Source: Nostoc sp.
GTDB lineage: Bacteria > Cyanobacteriota > Cyanobacteriia > Cyanobacteriales > Nostocaceae
Direction of reading: 5' to 3'
NCBI GenBank assembly: GCA_036918135.1
Contig: JBALDB010000069.1
Coordinates: forward strand, 64,133-128,132
Length of the DNA: 64,000 nt
Position numbers and translations under genes: made by a program. Positions within the stretch are counted from its first letter, which is position 1. The number at the start of each line of letters is the position of its first letter. Of this stretch, positions 30,457-42,507 are shown piece by piece. Under the pieces are notes generated by a model. That model did not search any database, was not told the DNA's origin, and worked only from the letters and a program-made list of their open reading frames with translations.

Positions 30457-30951
30457 TTATGCAGGAACAAACTTCAGCGAAACACCATTCATGCAGTAAC
30501 GTTCGCCAGTTGGTGCGGGGCCATCGTCAAAGACATGACCCAAATGACTACCACAGCGACTACAATGCACTTCAGTTCTGGTCATAAAATGCGATTTATC
30601 TACAGTAGTGGCGATCGCACCTTCAATAGGTTTAAAAAAGCTAGGCCAGCCAGTACCACTATTAAATTTGGTATTAGATGTAAATAGTGGCTGTTCGCAA
30701 GCAGCACAATAATAAGTCCCTTCATCATATTGCTTATCGAGTGGACTGGTGTGAGCGGGTTCAGTTCCATGTTTACGCAATACACGAAACTGTTCTGGCG
30801 TTAAAACACTGCGCCACTCTTCCTCAGGTTTGTTAATTTCAAATCTACTGTTAGAAGTTGTCATTTCTTCTGACCCCCAATTGATATACCTTGATAAAAA
30901 GGCTGTGCCGACTATTACTACACTAGCCTCTAAAAAATAGCGTTTGTCCAT
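30457..30951 (-). CDS. msrB: Peptide-methionine (R)-S-oxide reductase with N-terminal leader
   Basis: GTE, CxxC pairs, [26 protein letters not shown] at 30951 preferred. Confidence 0.95.
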   Translation of the reverse strand: MDKRYFLEASVVIVGTAFLSRYINWGSEEMTTSNSRFEINKPEEEWRSVLTPEQFRVLRKHGTEPAHTSPLDKQYDEGTYYCAACEQPLFTSNTKFNSGTGWPSFFKPIEGAIATTVDKSHFMTRTEVHCSRCGSHLGHVFDDGPAPTGERYCMNGVSLKFVPA

Positions 30952-31012
30952 ATATCTATTATTTTCTATTTTCGCTCTATACAAAATATCAATGAGATCC
31001 CTAAACAAAAAC

Positions 31013-31042
31013 AAAGCGCCCCCTTTCCAGGAGGCGCTTTTT
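31013..31042 (-). terminator. psbA terminator
   Basis: aaagcgcc...ggcgcttt hairpin just past the psbA stop. Confidence 0.7.
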
Positions 31043-31061
31043 ATTCAGCTATTACGAAATA

Positions 31062-32144
31062 TTAGCCGTTGATTGCAGGAGCAGTCATTGCTACAGGAGC
31101 AACATCACCAGCAGCCAAGTCTAAGGGGAAGTTGTGAGCGTTACGCTCGTGCATTACTTCCATACCCAGGTTAGCGCGGTTGATTACGTCTGCCCAAGTG
31201 CTGATAACGCGACCTTGAGAGTCAATGATGGATTGGTTGAAGTTGAAACCGTTCAGGTTGAAAGCCATTGTGCTGACACCCAAAGCGGTGAACCAGATAC
31301 CGACAACAGGCCAAGCAGCTAGGAAGAAGTGCAAGGAACGGCTGTTGTTGAAAGAAGCGTATTGGAAAATCAAGCGACCGAAGTAGCCGTGGGCTGCAAC
31401 GATGTTGTAGGTTTCTTCTTCTTGACCGAACTTGTAACCGTAGTTTTGAGATTCAGTTTCGGTGGTCTCACGAACCAAGGAAGAGGTTACCAAAGAACCG
31501 TGCATTGCAGAGAACAAGGAACCGCCGAATACACCAGCCACACCTAACATGTGGAAGGGGTGCATCAGAATGTTGTGTTCTGCTTGGAACACAATCATGA
31601 AGTTGAAGGTTCCAGAAATACCCAAAGGCATACCATCAGAGAAAGAACCTTGACCGATTGGGTAAATCAAGAATACTGCGGTAGCAGAAGCTAAAGGTGC
31701 GCTGTAAGCTACGCAAATCCAAGGACGCATACCTAAGCGGTAAGAAAGTTCCCACTGACGGCCCATGTAGCAGGCGCAACCAATTAAGAAGTGGAAAATT
31801 ACCAACTGGTAAGGACCACCGTTGTACAACCACTCATCTAAGGAAGCAGCTTCCCAGATGGGGTAGAAGTGCAAACCGATAGCGTTAGAAGAAGGAACAA
31901 CTGCACCAGAGATGATGTTGTTTCCGTAAATCAAAGAACCTGCAACTGGTTCGCGGATACCATCAATGTCCACAGGAGGAGCAGCGATGAAAGCGATTGT
32001 GAAGCAGACGGTAGCGGCTAGCAGGGTGGGAACCATCAGTACACCGAACCAACCAACATAAATGCGGTTATCAGTGCTGGTGATCCACTCGCAAAACCGA
32101 TCCCATACGTTAGCGTTAGAACGCCGTTGTAAGGTAGTTGTCAT
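31062..32144 (-). CDS. psbA: Photosystem II D1 protein, Gln130 (D1:1-like) form
   Basis: 360-aa canonical D1 sequence; [20 protein letters not shown]. Confidence 0.99.
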   Translation of the reverse strand: MTTTLQRRSNANVWDRFCEWITSTDNRIYVGWFGVLMVPTLLAATVCFTIAFIAAPPVDIDGIREPVAGSLIYGNNIISGAVVPSSNAIGLHFYPIWEAASLDEWLYNGGPYQLVIFHFLIGCACYMGRQWELSYRLGMRPWICVAYSAPLASATAVFLIYPIGQGSFSDGMPLGISGTFNFMIVFQAEHNILMHPFHMLGVAGVFGGSLFSAMHGSLVTSSLVRETTETESQNYGYKFGQEEETYNIVAAHGYFGRLIFQYASFNNSRSLHFFLAAWPVVGIWFTALGVSTMAFNLNGFNFNQSIIDSQGRVISTWADVINRANLGMEVMHERNAHNFPLDLAAGDVAPVAMTAPAING

Positions 32145-32204
32145 TGTTTTATGAGTGCTATGTCTTGTTAAGTATGAGACAGGCGAACTTTTTTGCCTGT
32201 TGAA

Positions 32205-32260
32205 ATAAGTCTACATGAATTTACTTTGATCTGACATTTCGCTTAACATTCTGTAACAAT
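32205..32260 (-). promoter_or_regulatory. Putative psbA promoter: -10-like TAGACT and upstream HLR1-like direct repeat
   Basis: Minus strand gttacagaatgttaagc (32241-32257) and tagact near 32208-32213. Confidence 0.35.
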
Positions 32261-32662
32261 CAAGTTGTACAAGCTCATTCAACTGTAAAGTTTTTGGTCG
32301 GATTTCTACCAGCGATAAAAATCACCAAAAGCCTTGATTTGCTTGATGTTAGGGAGTTGAGAGACTAAAATAATTTCAACAAATTGATGCCCTAGTTACT
32401 TAGCTTTACATTTATTGATAAATAGACTTAAAACTCTCTAAGAAAAAATATCCTGCAAGAATTCAGAATCTAGAATCCAGAATTTTTGGAGACCTCATTT
32501 TCAGAATTTGAGTAAAATTAAGCAGTACTACCACGTTTGATTTTCTAGCGCTTCTTACTAGAGGCGGAGTGTCTTTGGCTTGAATCCTATATTGTTAAGC
32601 ACTGCCTGCTTTATGCTTGAGTAACGCTTTCACCACAGTTGCTTGTCTAGCGAAAAGGTAGA

Positions 32663-34162
32663 TTAAAAATCAAAGTATATATATGGCAAGCTACCTTCAG
32701 GAGCTAATAACCAAACCGCGTAGAAGCATAAAGGCACGAAAACAAGCTTTACAGGCCAGTTAAACTCCAACTTCAACATCCGATTGAAGCCATAAATGAT
32801 AGCCATGAGAGTAGCTAAAGTTGCTAGTATCCAAGCAAGTTGGTATTGACTAATATTTAAAGCTTCTACATAAACCTTCTCGGCAAACTGTGCGTCCGCA
32901 GGATAGCCCCAAAGGTGTCGAGTTACCGTAAAAGAGTCTTGGAGGTTAGGTAGGCGGAACCAAATCCAAGAAGTAAAAACCATCAGTTGAGTCAACAGCC
33001 AAGCTATAAATATACCCAGAGGATTTTGCCAGAAATGCTCTAGCTTTTCAAAGCGATCGCTAATTACATCTGTAAGACGATGAACCACCAATGCTAATCC
33101 GTGAAGTATGCCCCACACTACGTAACCTAAAGCAGCTCCGTGCCAGATACCAGCAATTAGCATCACAATAAATAAATTCCCACAGGTACGAGTCAAACCC
33201 TGACGCGAGCCACCTAAAGGAAAGTAAATATAGTTACGTAGCCAATCGCCCAGAGTCATGTGCCAGCGGCGCCAAAATTCCGCAATACTACTAGTGAAAT
33301 AAGGAAAATCAAAATTCTCAGGTAGAACCAAACCGAAAAGTAAAGCACTACCACGGGCAATGTCTACATAACCGTTGAAATCTAGATATAACTGCAAGCC
33401 ATAGGCAAATGTAGCTAACCACAAATCGGTACTGCCGGCTCGCTGTATATTGCCAAAACATAAATCGACAAAAATTCCCAGACGGTCTGCCAAAATACCT
33501 TTCTTGACTGCACCCCTAGCAATTAACCACAATCCTTCCACCACTCTATTGGTAGTAGGTAAGTGTAAAGTATTAAATTGATTTACTAAGTTGTGGTAAC
33601 GGGTAATTGGCCCAGAAATTAGTTTAGCAAAAAATAATTTGTATGAGGCAAATTTCAGAAAACTATCTGTAGCAGGGGCACCTCGATAGATATCTATTAA
33701 ATAGGCAATACACTCAAAGGTAAAAAAAGAAATTCCTAAGGGTGCAATCAATTTAAAAGAGTTATCTGATGGGTTTGTTTGGATGTGAAAAACAAACTTA
33801 TATAACGGAGTAAGATACTTAAAAACTAATAAAAGTAAAACATTGAGAATTATACCTAGCCACAATAGCTTGAGACGACGTAAATTCCAGTCACTTTCGA
33901 CAAATTGCCACTCTTCGTTAGAAATTCGCCAGTCAGAAGAATGTTTCCCTAATGATGTATTTTTGCCAATCTCTACTCCCAAGCGAAAATTAATAAAAGT
34001 TAGTGCTAATAGCAATGGTATATATTGGAGATGCAAAGACGCATAGAAAACTAAACTGGCAATTAGCAGTGTCCACAATCGTAATTTTTGTTGTGCTAAA
34101 GACCAGTAAATTCCTAGTACACTTAACAAGAAAAGTCCATAGAAAATTGAAATAAAGTTCAT
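32663..34162 (-). CDS. MBOAT-family O-acyltransferase (AlgI/PatA-like)
   Basis: PLGISFFTF, SGPI, YLDFNGY, FWRRWHMTL, GIWHG. Confidence 0.93.
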   Translation of the reverse strand: MNFISIFYGLFLLSVLGIYWSLAQQKLRLWTLLIASLVFYASLHLQYIPLLLALTFINFRLGVEIGKNTSLGKHSSDWRISNEEWQFVESDWNLRRLKLLWLGIILNVLLLLVFKYLTPLYKFVFHIQTNPSDNSFKLIAPLGISFFTFECIAYLIDIYRGAPATDSFLKFASYKLFFAKLISGPITRYHNLVNQFNTLHLPTTNRVVEGLWLIARGAVKKGILADRLGIFVDLCFGNIQRAGSTDLWLATFAYGLQLYLDFNGYVDIARGSALLFGLVLPENFDFPYFTSSIAEFWRRWHMTLGDWLRNYIYFPLGGSRQGLTRTCGNLFIVMLIAGIWHGAALGYVVWGILHGLALVVHRLTDVISDRFEKLEHFWQNPLGIFIAWLLTQLMVFTSWIWFRLPNLQDSFTVTRHLWGYPADAQFAEKVYVEALNISQYQLAWILATLATLMAIIYGFNRMLKLEFNWPVKLVFVPLCFYAVWLLAPEGSLPYIYFDF

Positions 34163-34165
34163 TTT

Positions 34166-34217
34166 TTAGTCATTAGTCATTGGTCATTAGTCATTAGTCA
34201 TTGGTCAATGGTCATTG
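34166..34217. repeat. STRR2-type heptamer array
   Basis: (ttagtca/ttggtca) about 7 copies. Confidence 0.85.
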
Positions 34218-34252
34218 CCCCTATCTGGCTGATTACCGCGTCCTCAACCCCC

Positions 34253-37252
34253 CTACTTAGCTGGCCAGGGAATCATCGGGTCATTAGCCAACTTTTTTGA
34301 GACTTCGTAAGCACCGAAGCGATTGAGGTGGCTGGGGTCAGAAAAGTAATCATTTACTTTGAGCCACTGTTGGCTCAAATCACGATAAATAAAGTTGGGA
34401 TTAATTGCTAAACCCAACATATATTGCTGAAATTCTTGCTCATAGTTTTGACGCACTGGATCTAAATAATCCTCTGTTAGAGGCATGTTAATAAACACTA
34501 GAGAAATTTTATGAGACTGTGTAAAATTAAGTACTTCTTGGAAGGCGACCTCTTGCTCTCCTTCTAGTTGGAAAGATTTATAGTCGTTGTCATAATTTCC
34601 TGGAACTCGAGAATGTTTTTGATAGTATCTAGCGGGATTAAAGCGAATAGATAAAGCTAGAAATCCATCAAAGTCAACTGCTTGCTTAGAAGTATCTTCT
34701 TCTGAATTACTATCTGTTTGCTGTTTTTGAGATACAACTGTCTGATTGCGACCAAATACGAGCAGTTGTTTTTGGAGTAAACTTTTAATTTGGTCACGGT
34801 TTTGATAGCTAGTAAAAACAGATGCTAAAGTCTGACTTAACCAATCATCAACAGCTTGATAACCGTTATCTTGCCTTTCTTCTTTAATCTTTTCTTCTTT
34901 ATAATTTTTGGGCAAATCACCGCTAGTTGAACTTGTAGAGGCTTTTTGCAAGGCTTGCTTATAGCCAGCTGATGTAGTAATGGATTTAAAAGTAATATCC
35001 TCACGTCCGCTGTTGAAAGCACGGGCACCATCTGCCCAAAGAATTAATTTTGGCAGTTCTGATGGTTCTAAAACCTGGCGAATCACAAAGTCTACAACTT
35101 GCGCGGTAGCACCATTAATTCCAAAGTTGAACACGTCAATATTTGGATAACCCTGAGTTGCCAAAGCTTTAGAAAGTGCTGCCGGGTCAACTCCTCTTAG
35201 GGCGCGGGAGGAACCAATGATTAATACATCTGGCGGACTACCAGTTCTAGCCAGACGTTGTTTATAGAGGGCTAATTGCTCGTCTAACTGTCTGACGTTG
35301 AAACTTGGCATTTGCGATCGCGCTGCTAAAAGGATAGCAGTCGCCGTTGCTTTTTCTTTGAGTGGTGCGGCTGCTAAATTTCCGCTTTGCGTATCATCGG
35401 TTTGGGTAAATTGAGAAGCATTAAATACAGAAGTTTGATTTGGAGAAGATTTAGTTTTGGCAGTGCTAGGAAAAAATTTCGCTTGCTGATTCGGATTTTT
35501 CTCAGATGTCAATGATGCTTTTTGCTCAGAAGATGATGAAGGTGAGACACCAGTTATTGGAGAACTCGGCGTAGTGTGGGCGATAATTTGACCCAACACC
35601 CAATCACTTTGAACGGTGAGCAATAATCCGAGTGTTCCCCAAACCAAAGCAATCTTAACTCCTTGAGCATCAGGGTTTAGCTCTGCTGACTGATGGCTTT
35701 CGGTAAATAGCTGAGTTGCTAACAGGAATTTTTTTGCTGCTGCATTTGCTGTTGCTAACCAATCGAGCGCTACTTCTGTAACAAAACTTTTAACTTGTTG
35801 TGTGGTTAAGTCTCGGCGTAAAATTGGCTCGCTAGTTTCAGCAGTTACCAAATCGTTAACATATTTAGAAGCAACAGCAAATTCTGGGGTTGCTTCTGGT
35901 ACTAGACGTTGGCGATGTTCTAAATCGATACCATGATGCCAAAAAGGTTCCTTATTCCCAGCACGCCGTCCGTAAACCCGGACTCCTTTAATACCAGGAA
36001 TTTTTAACTGGCGGATAAACTGTGTAACTTTGTTGGCTACTTGCGTTCGTCCGGGACAAACAGGTGCATCACACATAATGTGCAATAAATCACCTTTAAT
36101 TAGCAGCAGGACGCGAATTCCACCCGTTAAAAGACGCCAATCGAGGTCAGGATTGAGTAAGCGCTCTAATAAAAAAACGATCGCTGGTTGGTCGCCTGTA
36201 TTGGCTAAATCCAGTGGTGATGTCGCAAATACGGGATGTTCTTTAGCAGGTAAATCCAGCCAATCAATCCAGCTAGGTTCCTTATCACCTGCTTTTTCTC
36301 CGTAAATGGTGGCGGCGAGAATGCCTTGGGGAGCGATCGCTTCTAGCTGGGGTAAAATTGCCTCCAAGCACGCTACTTTATCTGGTATTGGAGCGGTTCC
36401 CAAGGGGTCATAAGCTGGGTTACAAAAAATATGCAGGGTTGATTCCTTGAGAGAAGCATGGACAGCAACTTTTAACTCTGACAATACCTCAGTTAGTAAT
36501 CTAGCGATTGCTTGCACATCCCCCCAACGCGCCCACTCTTTAAGCATCATCTCTGGAGGCGTTAAATCTACCCGCACCAGCCAATCAGGCGCAGTTTCAC
36601 CAGTTACTTGAGAAACTATGATTGCATCTGGGTAGCCCGAAAGCTTCAAATAACGTAATTTCTGGGCTATTGGTTCAGCCAGCAATGATGGATCGGGACT
36701 ATAGCTTGACTGGCAAAATATCCAGAGGCGATTTTCTTCAACTTGAGAATTCTTGGGCTTATGTAGCTTAATTTTTGCCTGTACTGATACACCTAAGGTA
36801 CTCAGAGTTTCACTCAGATAGCGAGCAATGGCATCTGGGTTACCTTGGCGTGCCAAACTTTCATTAGAGACAATTAGCGCTCCACCTACTTGTTTCGATT
36901 TTTCCGAATCTGCTAGTAAAGCTTGCTGCACCTGCTCTACATGCTTTTCAATTTGATTCAAATAAACTCGATGACACCATTTGGGGCGCTGTTCCCCTTT
37001 TCTTCGACCATAGACAAATACTTGGTATATTGAGGGTTGTTCGTTGTTTGTCAGGGTATCCAAATCTGTTTGCTGTAGCGCTTGCAGCAAATCAGATAGG
37101 GTACGCCAACGCTGCGGACATTCTGTCCCCTCACAAAGAATATGAAGGTCATTTCCCCGTAATCGGACTTTCACCCCGAAAGTGTTAATCCCTGTTGCTT
37201 GGCTGATCCATTGCACTAAGGATTGCTGGCGGTCTGGTAATACTGTTTTCAT
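34253..37252 (-). CDS. Large protein: repeated N-terminal modules, TM helix, C-terminal SGNH-like domain (DUF1574-like)
   Basis: IIGSSRA, FNFGINGAT, FSDPSHLN (Ser, Gly, DxxH blocks); central hydrophobic helix. Confidence 0.8.
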   Translation of the reverse strand: MKTVLPDRQQSLVQWISQATGINTFGVKVRLRGNDLHILCEGTECPQRWRTLSDLLQALQQTDLDTLTNNEQPSIYQVFVYGRRKGEQRPKWCHRVYLNQIEKHVEQVQQALLADSEKSKQVGGALIVSNESLARQGNPDAIARYLSETLSTLGVSVQAKIKLHKPKNSQVEENRLWIFCQSSYSPDPSLLAEPIAQKLRYLKLSGYPDAIIVSQVTGETAPDWLVRVDLTPPEMMLKEWARWGDVQAIARLLTEVLSELKVAVHASLKESTLHIFCNPAYDPLGTAPIPDKVACLEAILPQLEAIAPQGILAATIYGEKAGDKEPSWIDWLDLPAKEHPVFATSPLDLANTGDQPAIVFLLERLLNPDLDWRLLTGGIRVLLLIKGDLLHIMCDAPVCPGRTQVANKVTQFIRQLKIPGIKGVRVYGRRAGNKEPFWHHGIDLEHRQRLVPEATPEFAVASKYVNDLVTAETSEPILRRDLTTQQVKSFVTEVALDWLATANAAAKKFLLATQLFTESHQSAELNPDAQGVKIALVWGTLGLLLTVQSDWVLGQIIAHTTPSSPITGVSPSSSSEQKASLTSEKNPNQQAKFFPSTAKTKSSPNQTSVFNASQFTQTDDTQSGNLAAAPLKEKATATAILLAARSQMPSFNVRQLDEQLALYKQRLARTGSPPDVLIIGSSRALRGVDPAALSKALATQGYPNIDVFNFGINGATAQVVDFVIRQVLEPSELPKLILWADGARAFNSGREDITFKSITTSAGYKQALQKASTSSTSGDLPKNYKEEKIKEERQDNGYQAVDDWLSQTLASVFTSYQNRDQIKSLLQKQLLVFGRNQTVVSQKQQTDSNSEEDTSKQAVDFDGFLALSIRFNPARYYQKHSRVPGNYDNDYKSFQLEGEQEVAFQEVLNFTQSHKISLVFINMPLTEDYLDPVRQNYEQEFQQYMLGLAINPNFIYRDLSQQWLKVNDYFSDPSHLNRFGAYEVSKKLANDPMIPWPAK

Positions 37253-37708
37253 GGGAAATTAACTTTAACAGTCAGCGATTGTTAGGGGATAGTGCCTGCA
37301 CTTGTAAACTAGAACCATAGGTTTATCACAGTTTGACGCTTTTTTTTAACAATTTTGTTACCTTTGTAGCTTGCAAAATCAGCAAAGATAGTCTTGTACG
37401 GTTGCAAGTCAGACTAATGTTGAGTTTTGCGTTTATTTTACTCGCAGGGAGTCAAAATTTAGAAGTTAGAAGTCAGGAGTCAGAATTGGTAAATTCACAA
37501 GTCAGAATAATTTTATGTGACTAACTGAGAAATTGTCTTTTTGAGTCAGAATCGCTTCTGACTAAGCTAATACTCCTTGCGGGCTAAACAAACAATCCGA
37601 TCCAATTTAAACTCCTTGTGTTGATATGTGAAGTCATCCTGACTCGTGACTCCTAAATTCTGAATTTTGACTTGTTTTAACTCATCTTTCCCCAACCAAG
37701 AATTAACA

Positions 37709-37945
37709 ATGACAGCAGCTAACCAACAACCCTCAGCTAACCCTCCATCCAGTCTGGATTTTTTTAGCATTCCTCAATCATTCCTCTTACAAATAGGTAC
37801 AGCGTCTATGGTACTGCTGCTGATTACCGGAAAAACTACAGTCAGGGCACTAGAAGCTATGGGGGAAGCCAGTGAAGAATTATTTCGAGGCGATCGCTTA
37901 CCCTTCCTTGACTTTCCAGATGATAACGAAACCGAACAAACTTAG
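37709..37945 (+). CDS. Small hypothetical protein
   Basis: Hydrophobic helix then GEASEELFRGDRLP; directly upstream of ppc. Confidence 0.7.
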   Translation: MTAANQQPSANPPSSLDFFSIPQSFLLQIGTASMVLLLITGKTTVRALEAMGEASEELFRGDRLPFLDFPDDNETEQT

Positions 37946-38047
37946 AAAATATACATCGAACAATTATTTGCTCAGGAAGAACATCGTGAGCATTAAGTGC
38001 AAAACCTCCAAGTGTAAACAGTAATTGGCTTTACAATCATCGAGAAT

Positions 38048-41000
38048 ATGAGTTCCCTTTTATACTCTTCATCGCCAACTGCGAATATATACCCGGTGTC
38101 GGAATTATTTTTGCGTCATCGTCTACAGGTAGTAGAAGAATTGTGGGAGTCAGTTCTGAGGCAAGAATGCGGTCAAAACATGGTAGATTTGTTACGGCAA
38201 TTGCGGGATTTGTGTTCGCCGGAAGGACAAACAACAAATGACCAAGCTTCCTCAGCCGTCAAGTTGATCGAACAATTGAATATCAACGAAGCAATTCGGG
38301 CGGCTCGTGCTTTTGCTCTGTATTTTCAGTTGATTAATATCATAGAGCAGGAATACGAACAAAGGCAGCAATTAAGCCGCTATGAAGGCCAGACAGAAGC
38401 AATAGAGCCTCAAACACCACCGAATGCCAATTATTCCTCGAATCAAAGAGAAGAGGATGCACCTGTAAGCAAGGGACTAGCAGCAGACTTGCTAGCAAAG
38501 AATTATGTCCAAAAAGCTCAAGTCCAACTAAAAGGCACTTTTGCAGCCTTATTTCCCCATTTATTCAAACTGAATGTTCCCCCCCAGCAAATTCAACGTT
38601 TAATTGCCCAGTTGGATGTCCGCTTAGTGTTCACAGCACATCCAACAGAAATTGTGCGTCATACCATCCGCGATAAACAGCGACAAGTAGTACAACTGTT
38701 GCAAAAACTCGATGGCTTGGAAAATAGCTCCAATAGCACAGGAGTGGGATATCCTTGGGAAGCAGCAGATGTCCGCGAACAATTGCTTGAAGAAATTCGT
38801 TTGTGGTGGCGCACAGACGAACTCCACCAGTTTAAACCCACGGTACTGGATGAAGTAGATTATGCTCTGCATTACTTCCAAGAAGTGTTATTTGATGGTA
38901 TTCCGCAACTCTATAAGCGGTTCAAATACACGTTAGCGAATACTTTTCCTTGGCTAGAACCGCCGAGTAAGAATTTCTGCTCGTTTGGCTCTTGGGTTGG
39001 TTCAGATCGAGATGGTAACCCCTCAGTTACACCAGAAATTACTTGGAAGACAGCTTGCTATCAGCGCAAAATGGTGCTAGGAAGATATATCCAGTCAGTC
39101 AAACAACTGATTGAATTATTGAGCGTGTCGATGCACTGGAGTGATGTTTTGCCAGATTTGCTGGAATCTTTGGAATTAGATCAGTCCCAGTTGAGTGAAG
39201 TATACGACGCCCTAGCGCTGCGTTATCGGCAAGAACCCTATCGGCTGAAACTGGCTTATGTCCTCAAACGACTAGAAAATACCCGCGATCGCAATTTAGC
39301 TTTATACAATCGAGAAACGCCAAAAAATCAAGACAGTCCTTTATATCGTTCTGGAGCGGAGTTTTTAACAGAACTGCGGTTAATTGAGCGCAACTTGACA
39401 GAAACAGGTTTAAACTGCCGAGCGCTAGAAGATTTGATTTGTCAAGTAGAGATTTTTGGCTTTAACTTGACACAGCTAGATATCCGCCAAGAATCATCGC
39501 GCCACTCTGATGCGCTCAATGAAATTTTAGAGTACCTGCAAGTACTACCCCGACCTTATGATGAACTCTCAGAGCCAGAAAGAGTTGCTTGGCTAACCCA
39601 AGAACTGCAAACCCGGCGGCCATTAATTCCAGCAGAATTACCATTTTCGGAAAAAACCAATGATGTGATTGAAACCTTTCGGATATTGCGATCGCTGCAA
39701 CAAGAATTTGGCGTCAATATCTGCCAAACTTACATTATCAGCATGTGCCGTCAAGTCAGCGACGTGCTGGAAGTGTTGCTCTTAGCCAAAGAAGCTAGAC
39801 TTTTTGACCCCGCCATTGCTGTAGGAACTATTCAAGTTATCCCCCTATTTGAAACAGTAGAAGACTTACAACGCTCTAGAAGCGTTATGCGAGAATTATT
39901 TGAACTTCCTTTGTATCGCGCTTTGTTAGCTGGCGGCTACAACAGTGTTAAGCAACGAGTAGCCAGCGCTGAGTCTACTTTGCAACACCAGTCCGCTGAA
40001 GTTAGAGATACACATACAACTAACTCCTCAACGCTTAACACTGGGCAATGGACATTAGGCACTGGGCGAGAAGTCAAAGCGGGGGCTGAAGCTTTAAAGA
40101 ACTTCTCCCCAGGGGAAACGCCAAAGGCCAACACTGACTCAACACTCACTCCTAACCTGCAAGAAGTGATGCTGGGGTATTCTGACAGCAACAAAGACTC
40201 TGGTTTTTTAAGCAGTAACTGGGAAATTCATAAAGCCCAAAAATCGCTGCAACAAATAGCAGAAGGCTATGGCGTGAATTTGCGAATTTTCCACGGACGC
40301 GGTGGCTCTGTGGGACGGGGAGGGGGCCCGGCTTACGAAGCGATTTTGGCTCAACCCGGTCACAGCATCAATGGACGGATTAAGATTACCGAACAAGGAG
40401 AAGTTTTAGCTTCCAAATATTCCTTGTTGGACTTAGCTTTGTACCACATGGAAACCATCACTACTGCTGTGATTCAAGCTAGTTTGCTGCGGACAGGGTT
40501 TGATGATATTGAACCCTGGAATGAAATTATGGAAGAACTAGCAGCGCGATCGCGTCAACATTATCGTGCCCTAATTTACGAGCAACCTGATTTTATCGAC
40601 TTTTTCCACCAAGTAACGCCAATTGAAGAAATTAGCCAACTGCAAATTAGTTCTCGTCCAGCGCGGCGTCCTTCTGGTAAAAAAGACTTAAGCAGTCTTC
40701 GAGCAATTCCTTGGGTATTCAGTTGGACACAAACCCGCTTCTTACTGCCTTCTTGGTACGGCGTTGGCACCGCTTTGCAGGAATTCTTGAACGAAGAATC
40801 AGAAGAACATTTAAAATTGCTGCGCTATTTTTACATCAAGTGGCCTTTCTTCAAAATGGTGATTTCCAAAGCAGAAATGACCTTGGCAAAAGTAGATATG
40901 CAAATGGCACAGCACTACGTTCAAGAATTGTCAAAACCAGAAGATAAAGAGCGCTTTGTTAAGGTTTTTGAGCAAATTGCAAGTGAGTTCTATCTAACTA

Positions 41001-41260
41001 GAGATTTAGTCTTAAAAATCACCAATCACAATCGACTCTTAGATGGCGATCCAGTATTGCAACGATCTGTACAGTTACGCAATGGCACAATTGTACCTTT
41101 GGGATTTATCCAAGTTTCCCTGCTCAAGCGCCTACGCCAGTCCTTAAACACTACTGCTACTTCTGGAGTAATTCACTCCCGTTATAGTAAAGGTGAATTA
41201 CTGCGAGGGGCATTGTTAACTATTAATGGTATTGCTGCGGGAATGAGAAATACAGGTTGA
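38048..41260 (+). CDS. ppc: Phosphoenolpyruvate carboxylase
   Basis: [47 protein letters not shown]-terminal MRNTG. Confidence 0.98.
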   Translation: MSSLLYSSSPTANIYPVSELFLRHRLQVVEELWESVLRQECGQNMVDLLRQLRDLCSPEGQTTNDQASSAVKLIEQLNINEAIRAARAFALYFQLINIIEQEYEQRQQLSRYEGQTEAIEPQTPPNANYSSNQREEDAPVSKGLAADLLAKNYVQKAQVQLKGTFAALFPHLFKLNVPPQQIQRLIAQLDVRLVFTAHPTEIVRHTIRDKQRQVVQLLQKLDGLENSSNSTGVGYPWEAADVREQLLEEIRLWWRTDELHQFKPTVLDEVDYALHYFQEVLFDGIPQLYKRFKYTLANTFPWLEPPSKNFCSFGSWVGSDRDGNPSVTPEITWKTACYQRKMVLGRYIQSVKQLIELLSVSMHWSDVLPDLLESLELDQSQLSEVYDALALRYRQEPYRLKLAYVLKRLENTRDRNLALYNRETPKNQDSPLYRSGAEFLTELRLIERNLTETGLNCRALEDLICQVEIFGFNLTQLDIRQESSRHSDALNEILEYLQVLPRPYDELSEPERVAWLTQELQTRRPLIPAELPFSEKTNDVIETFRILRSLQQEFGVNICQTYIISMCRQVSDVLEVLLLAKEARLFDPAIAVGTIQVIPLFETVEDLQRSRSVMRELFELPLYRALLAGGYNSVKQRVASAESTLQHQSAEVRDTHTTNSSTLNTGQWTLGTGREVKAGAEALKNFSPGETPKANTDSTLTPNLQEVMLGYSDSNKDSGFLSSNWEIHKAQKSLQQIAEGYGVNLRIFHGRGGSVGRGGGPAYEAILAQPGHSINGRIKITEQGEVLASKYSLLDLALYHMETITTAVIQASLLRTGFDDIEPWNEIMEELAARSRQHYRALIYEQPDFIDFFHQVTPIEEISQLQISSRPARRPSGKKDLSSLRAIPWVFSWTQTRFLLPSWYGVGTALQEFLNEESEEHLKLLRYFYIKWPFFKMVISKAEMTLAKVDMQMAQHYVQELSKPEDKERFVKVFEQIASEFYLTRDLVLKITNHNRLLDGDPVLQRSVQLRNGTIVPLGFIQVSLLKRLRQSLNTTATSGVIHSRYSKGELLRGALLTINGIAAGMRNTG

Positions 41261-41355
41261 TTGGGAATGGGGCATTGGGCATTGGTAATTTCTCCCTTGT
41301 CTCCACAGTCCTCATTACCCATTACCCATGCTCCCTGCCTCCTGCCCCAATGCCC

Positions 41356-42507
41356 TTAATGCGACTCAAAGCGAACTAACCCCAGCAAAATTAATAGCAG
41401 CAGTCCCATAAGTGCAACCGAAGTCAGCCATCCGCCCAGCCAAATTAAAGCGATGCAAGCGTTCGCCGCCAAGATTCGCCCCGTTAGAATCTTCTGAGGT
41501 AGCGATCGCGGGGCAGCCCATTGAACAGCACTCAGCCCTAGTAAAAACAAGGCAATACCCCCGCACAAAACTACGCGGGCTTGGGCGCTCAATCCTGCTT
41601 TCACGCTTTCGATCGCCAACTGAATGCCGACGCCAGAAGCGACAATTCCTGCAAACACGAATACGTGACTGTAACCATAGACATACGATCGCAACAGGAC
41701 ACGCCTTTGATTGCTTTGGAGTGCCTGATTAATTACTGATGTTTCTGCACACTCAAAGTAGAACCACCACAAACTGACAGCAGCAATAAATCCACTGATT
41801 GCCGTCAGCGTCTCCTGCCACTGCCATTGAATATCAGATACGCCTCTAGCGACTGCGATGATGGCTTCCCCCAAAACAATAATTACGAATAGTCCAAACC
41901 GCTCGTCCATATGCGAAACCTGAACGGGAACCGATTTAATTGTGGCGTAGGTAATCGGGCCATTGGTAATTTCAATTAACAGCGCCACAGCCCAGAGTAT
42001 GAATCGGATTGGGGGCGGTAGCACGATCGAGACTAGCCACAGAACCAGCGCGATCGCAAAACTGAGCGTATAACGCTTCGTCAGTTCGCGCGATTCCGGT
42101 ACGAGTCGCCATGCCTGAAAATACAAGCCGACGATTACCAAACGCAATGCAGAATAGATCGTGGCAAACTGGGCAGATCCATCCTGCAATGCTTCTGGAA
42201 TTGTCAGTGCCAACACAATCGTGCCAAACATGACACCCAGTATAATCAGACGGTAAAATCCGTGTTCTACATCGAACTGATCGGCGTAATAGCTAAAATC
42301 AATCCACAGCCACCAAACTGGAATAAACACCACAGCAAAACTGGCGATGCCGATCCAATCGTAACGAGCGTGAAGAAAATGCGCGAGTTCTCCAATTGCA
42401 ACAACAAACACCAAATCAAAAAACAGTTCTAACCAGCTTGCATGGCGTTCGCTGGCTTCACTTTTTCCGACATAAAGTTGTAGAGATCGCCGCTGGTTTT
42501 GCTTCAT
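41356..42507 (-). CDS. Low temperature requirement protein A (LtrA) family membrane protein
   Basis: ASWLELFFDLVFV, HMDERFGLFVIIVLGE. Confidence 0.9.
   Translation of the reverse strand: MKQNQRRSLQLYVGKSEASERHASWLELFFDLVFVVAIGELAHFLHARYDWIGIASFAVVFIPVWWLWIDFSYYADQFDVEHGFYRLIILGVMFGTIVLALTIPEALQDGSAQFATIYSALRLVIVGLYFQAWRLVPESRELTKRYTLSFAIALVLWLVSIVLPPPIRFILWAVALLIEITNGPITYATIKSVPVQVSHMDERFGLFVIIVLGEAIIAVARGVSDIQWQWQETLTAISGFIAAVSLWWFYFECAETSVINQALQSNQRRVLLRSYVYGYSHVFVFAGIVASGVGIQLAIESVKAGLSAQARVVLCGGIALFLLGLSAVQWAAPRSLPQKILTGRILAANACIALIWLGGWLTSVALMGLLLLILLGLVRFESH

Noticed and set aside
31062..32144. Atypical (rogue or far-red) D1
   Set aside because: Mn-cluster ligand motifs and C-terminus look canonical
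39940..40155. Intein or intron in ppc
   Set aside because: Too short, no C-terminal His-Asn followed by Cys/Ser/Thr, no group I/II features recognised, frame intact
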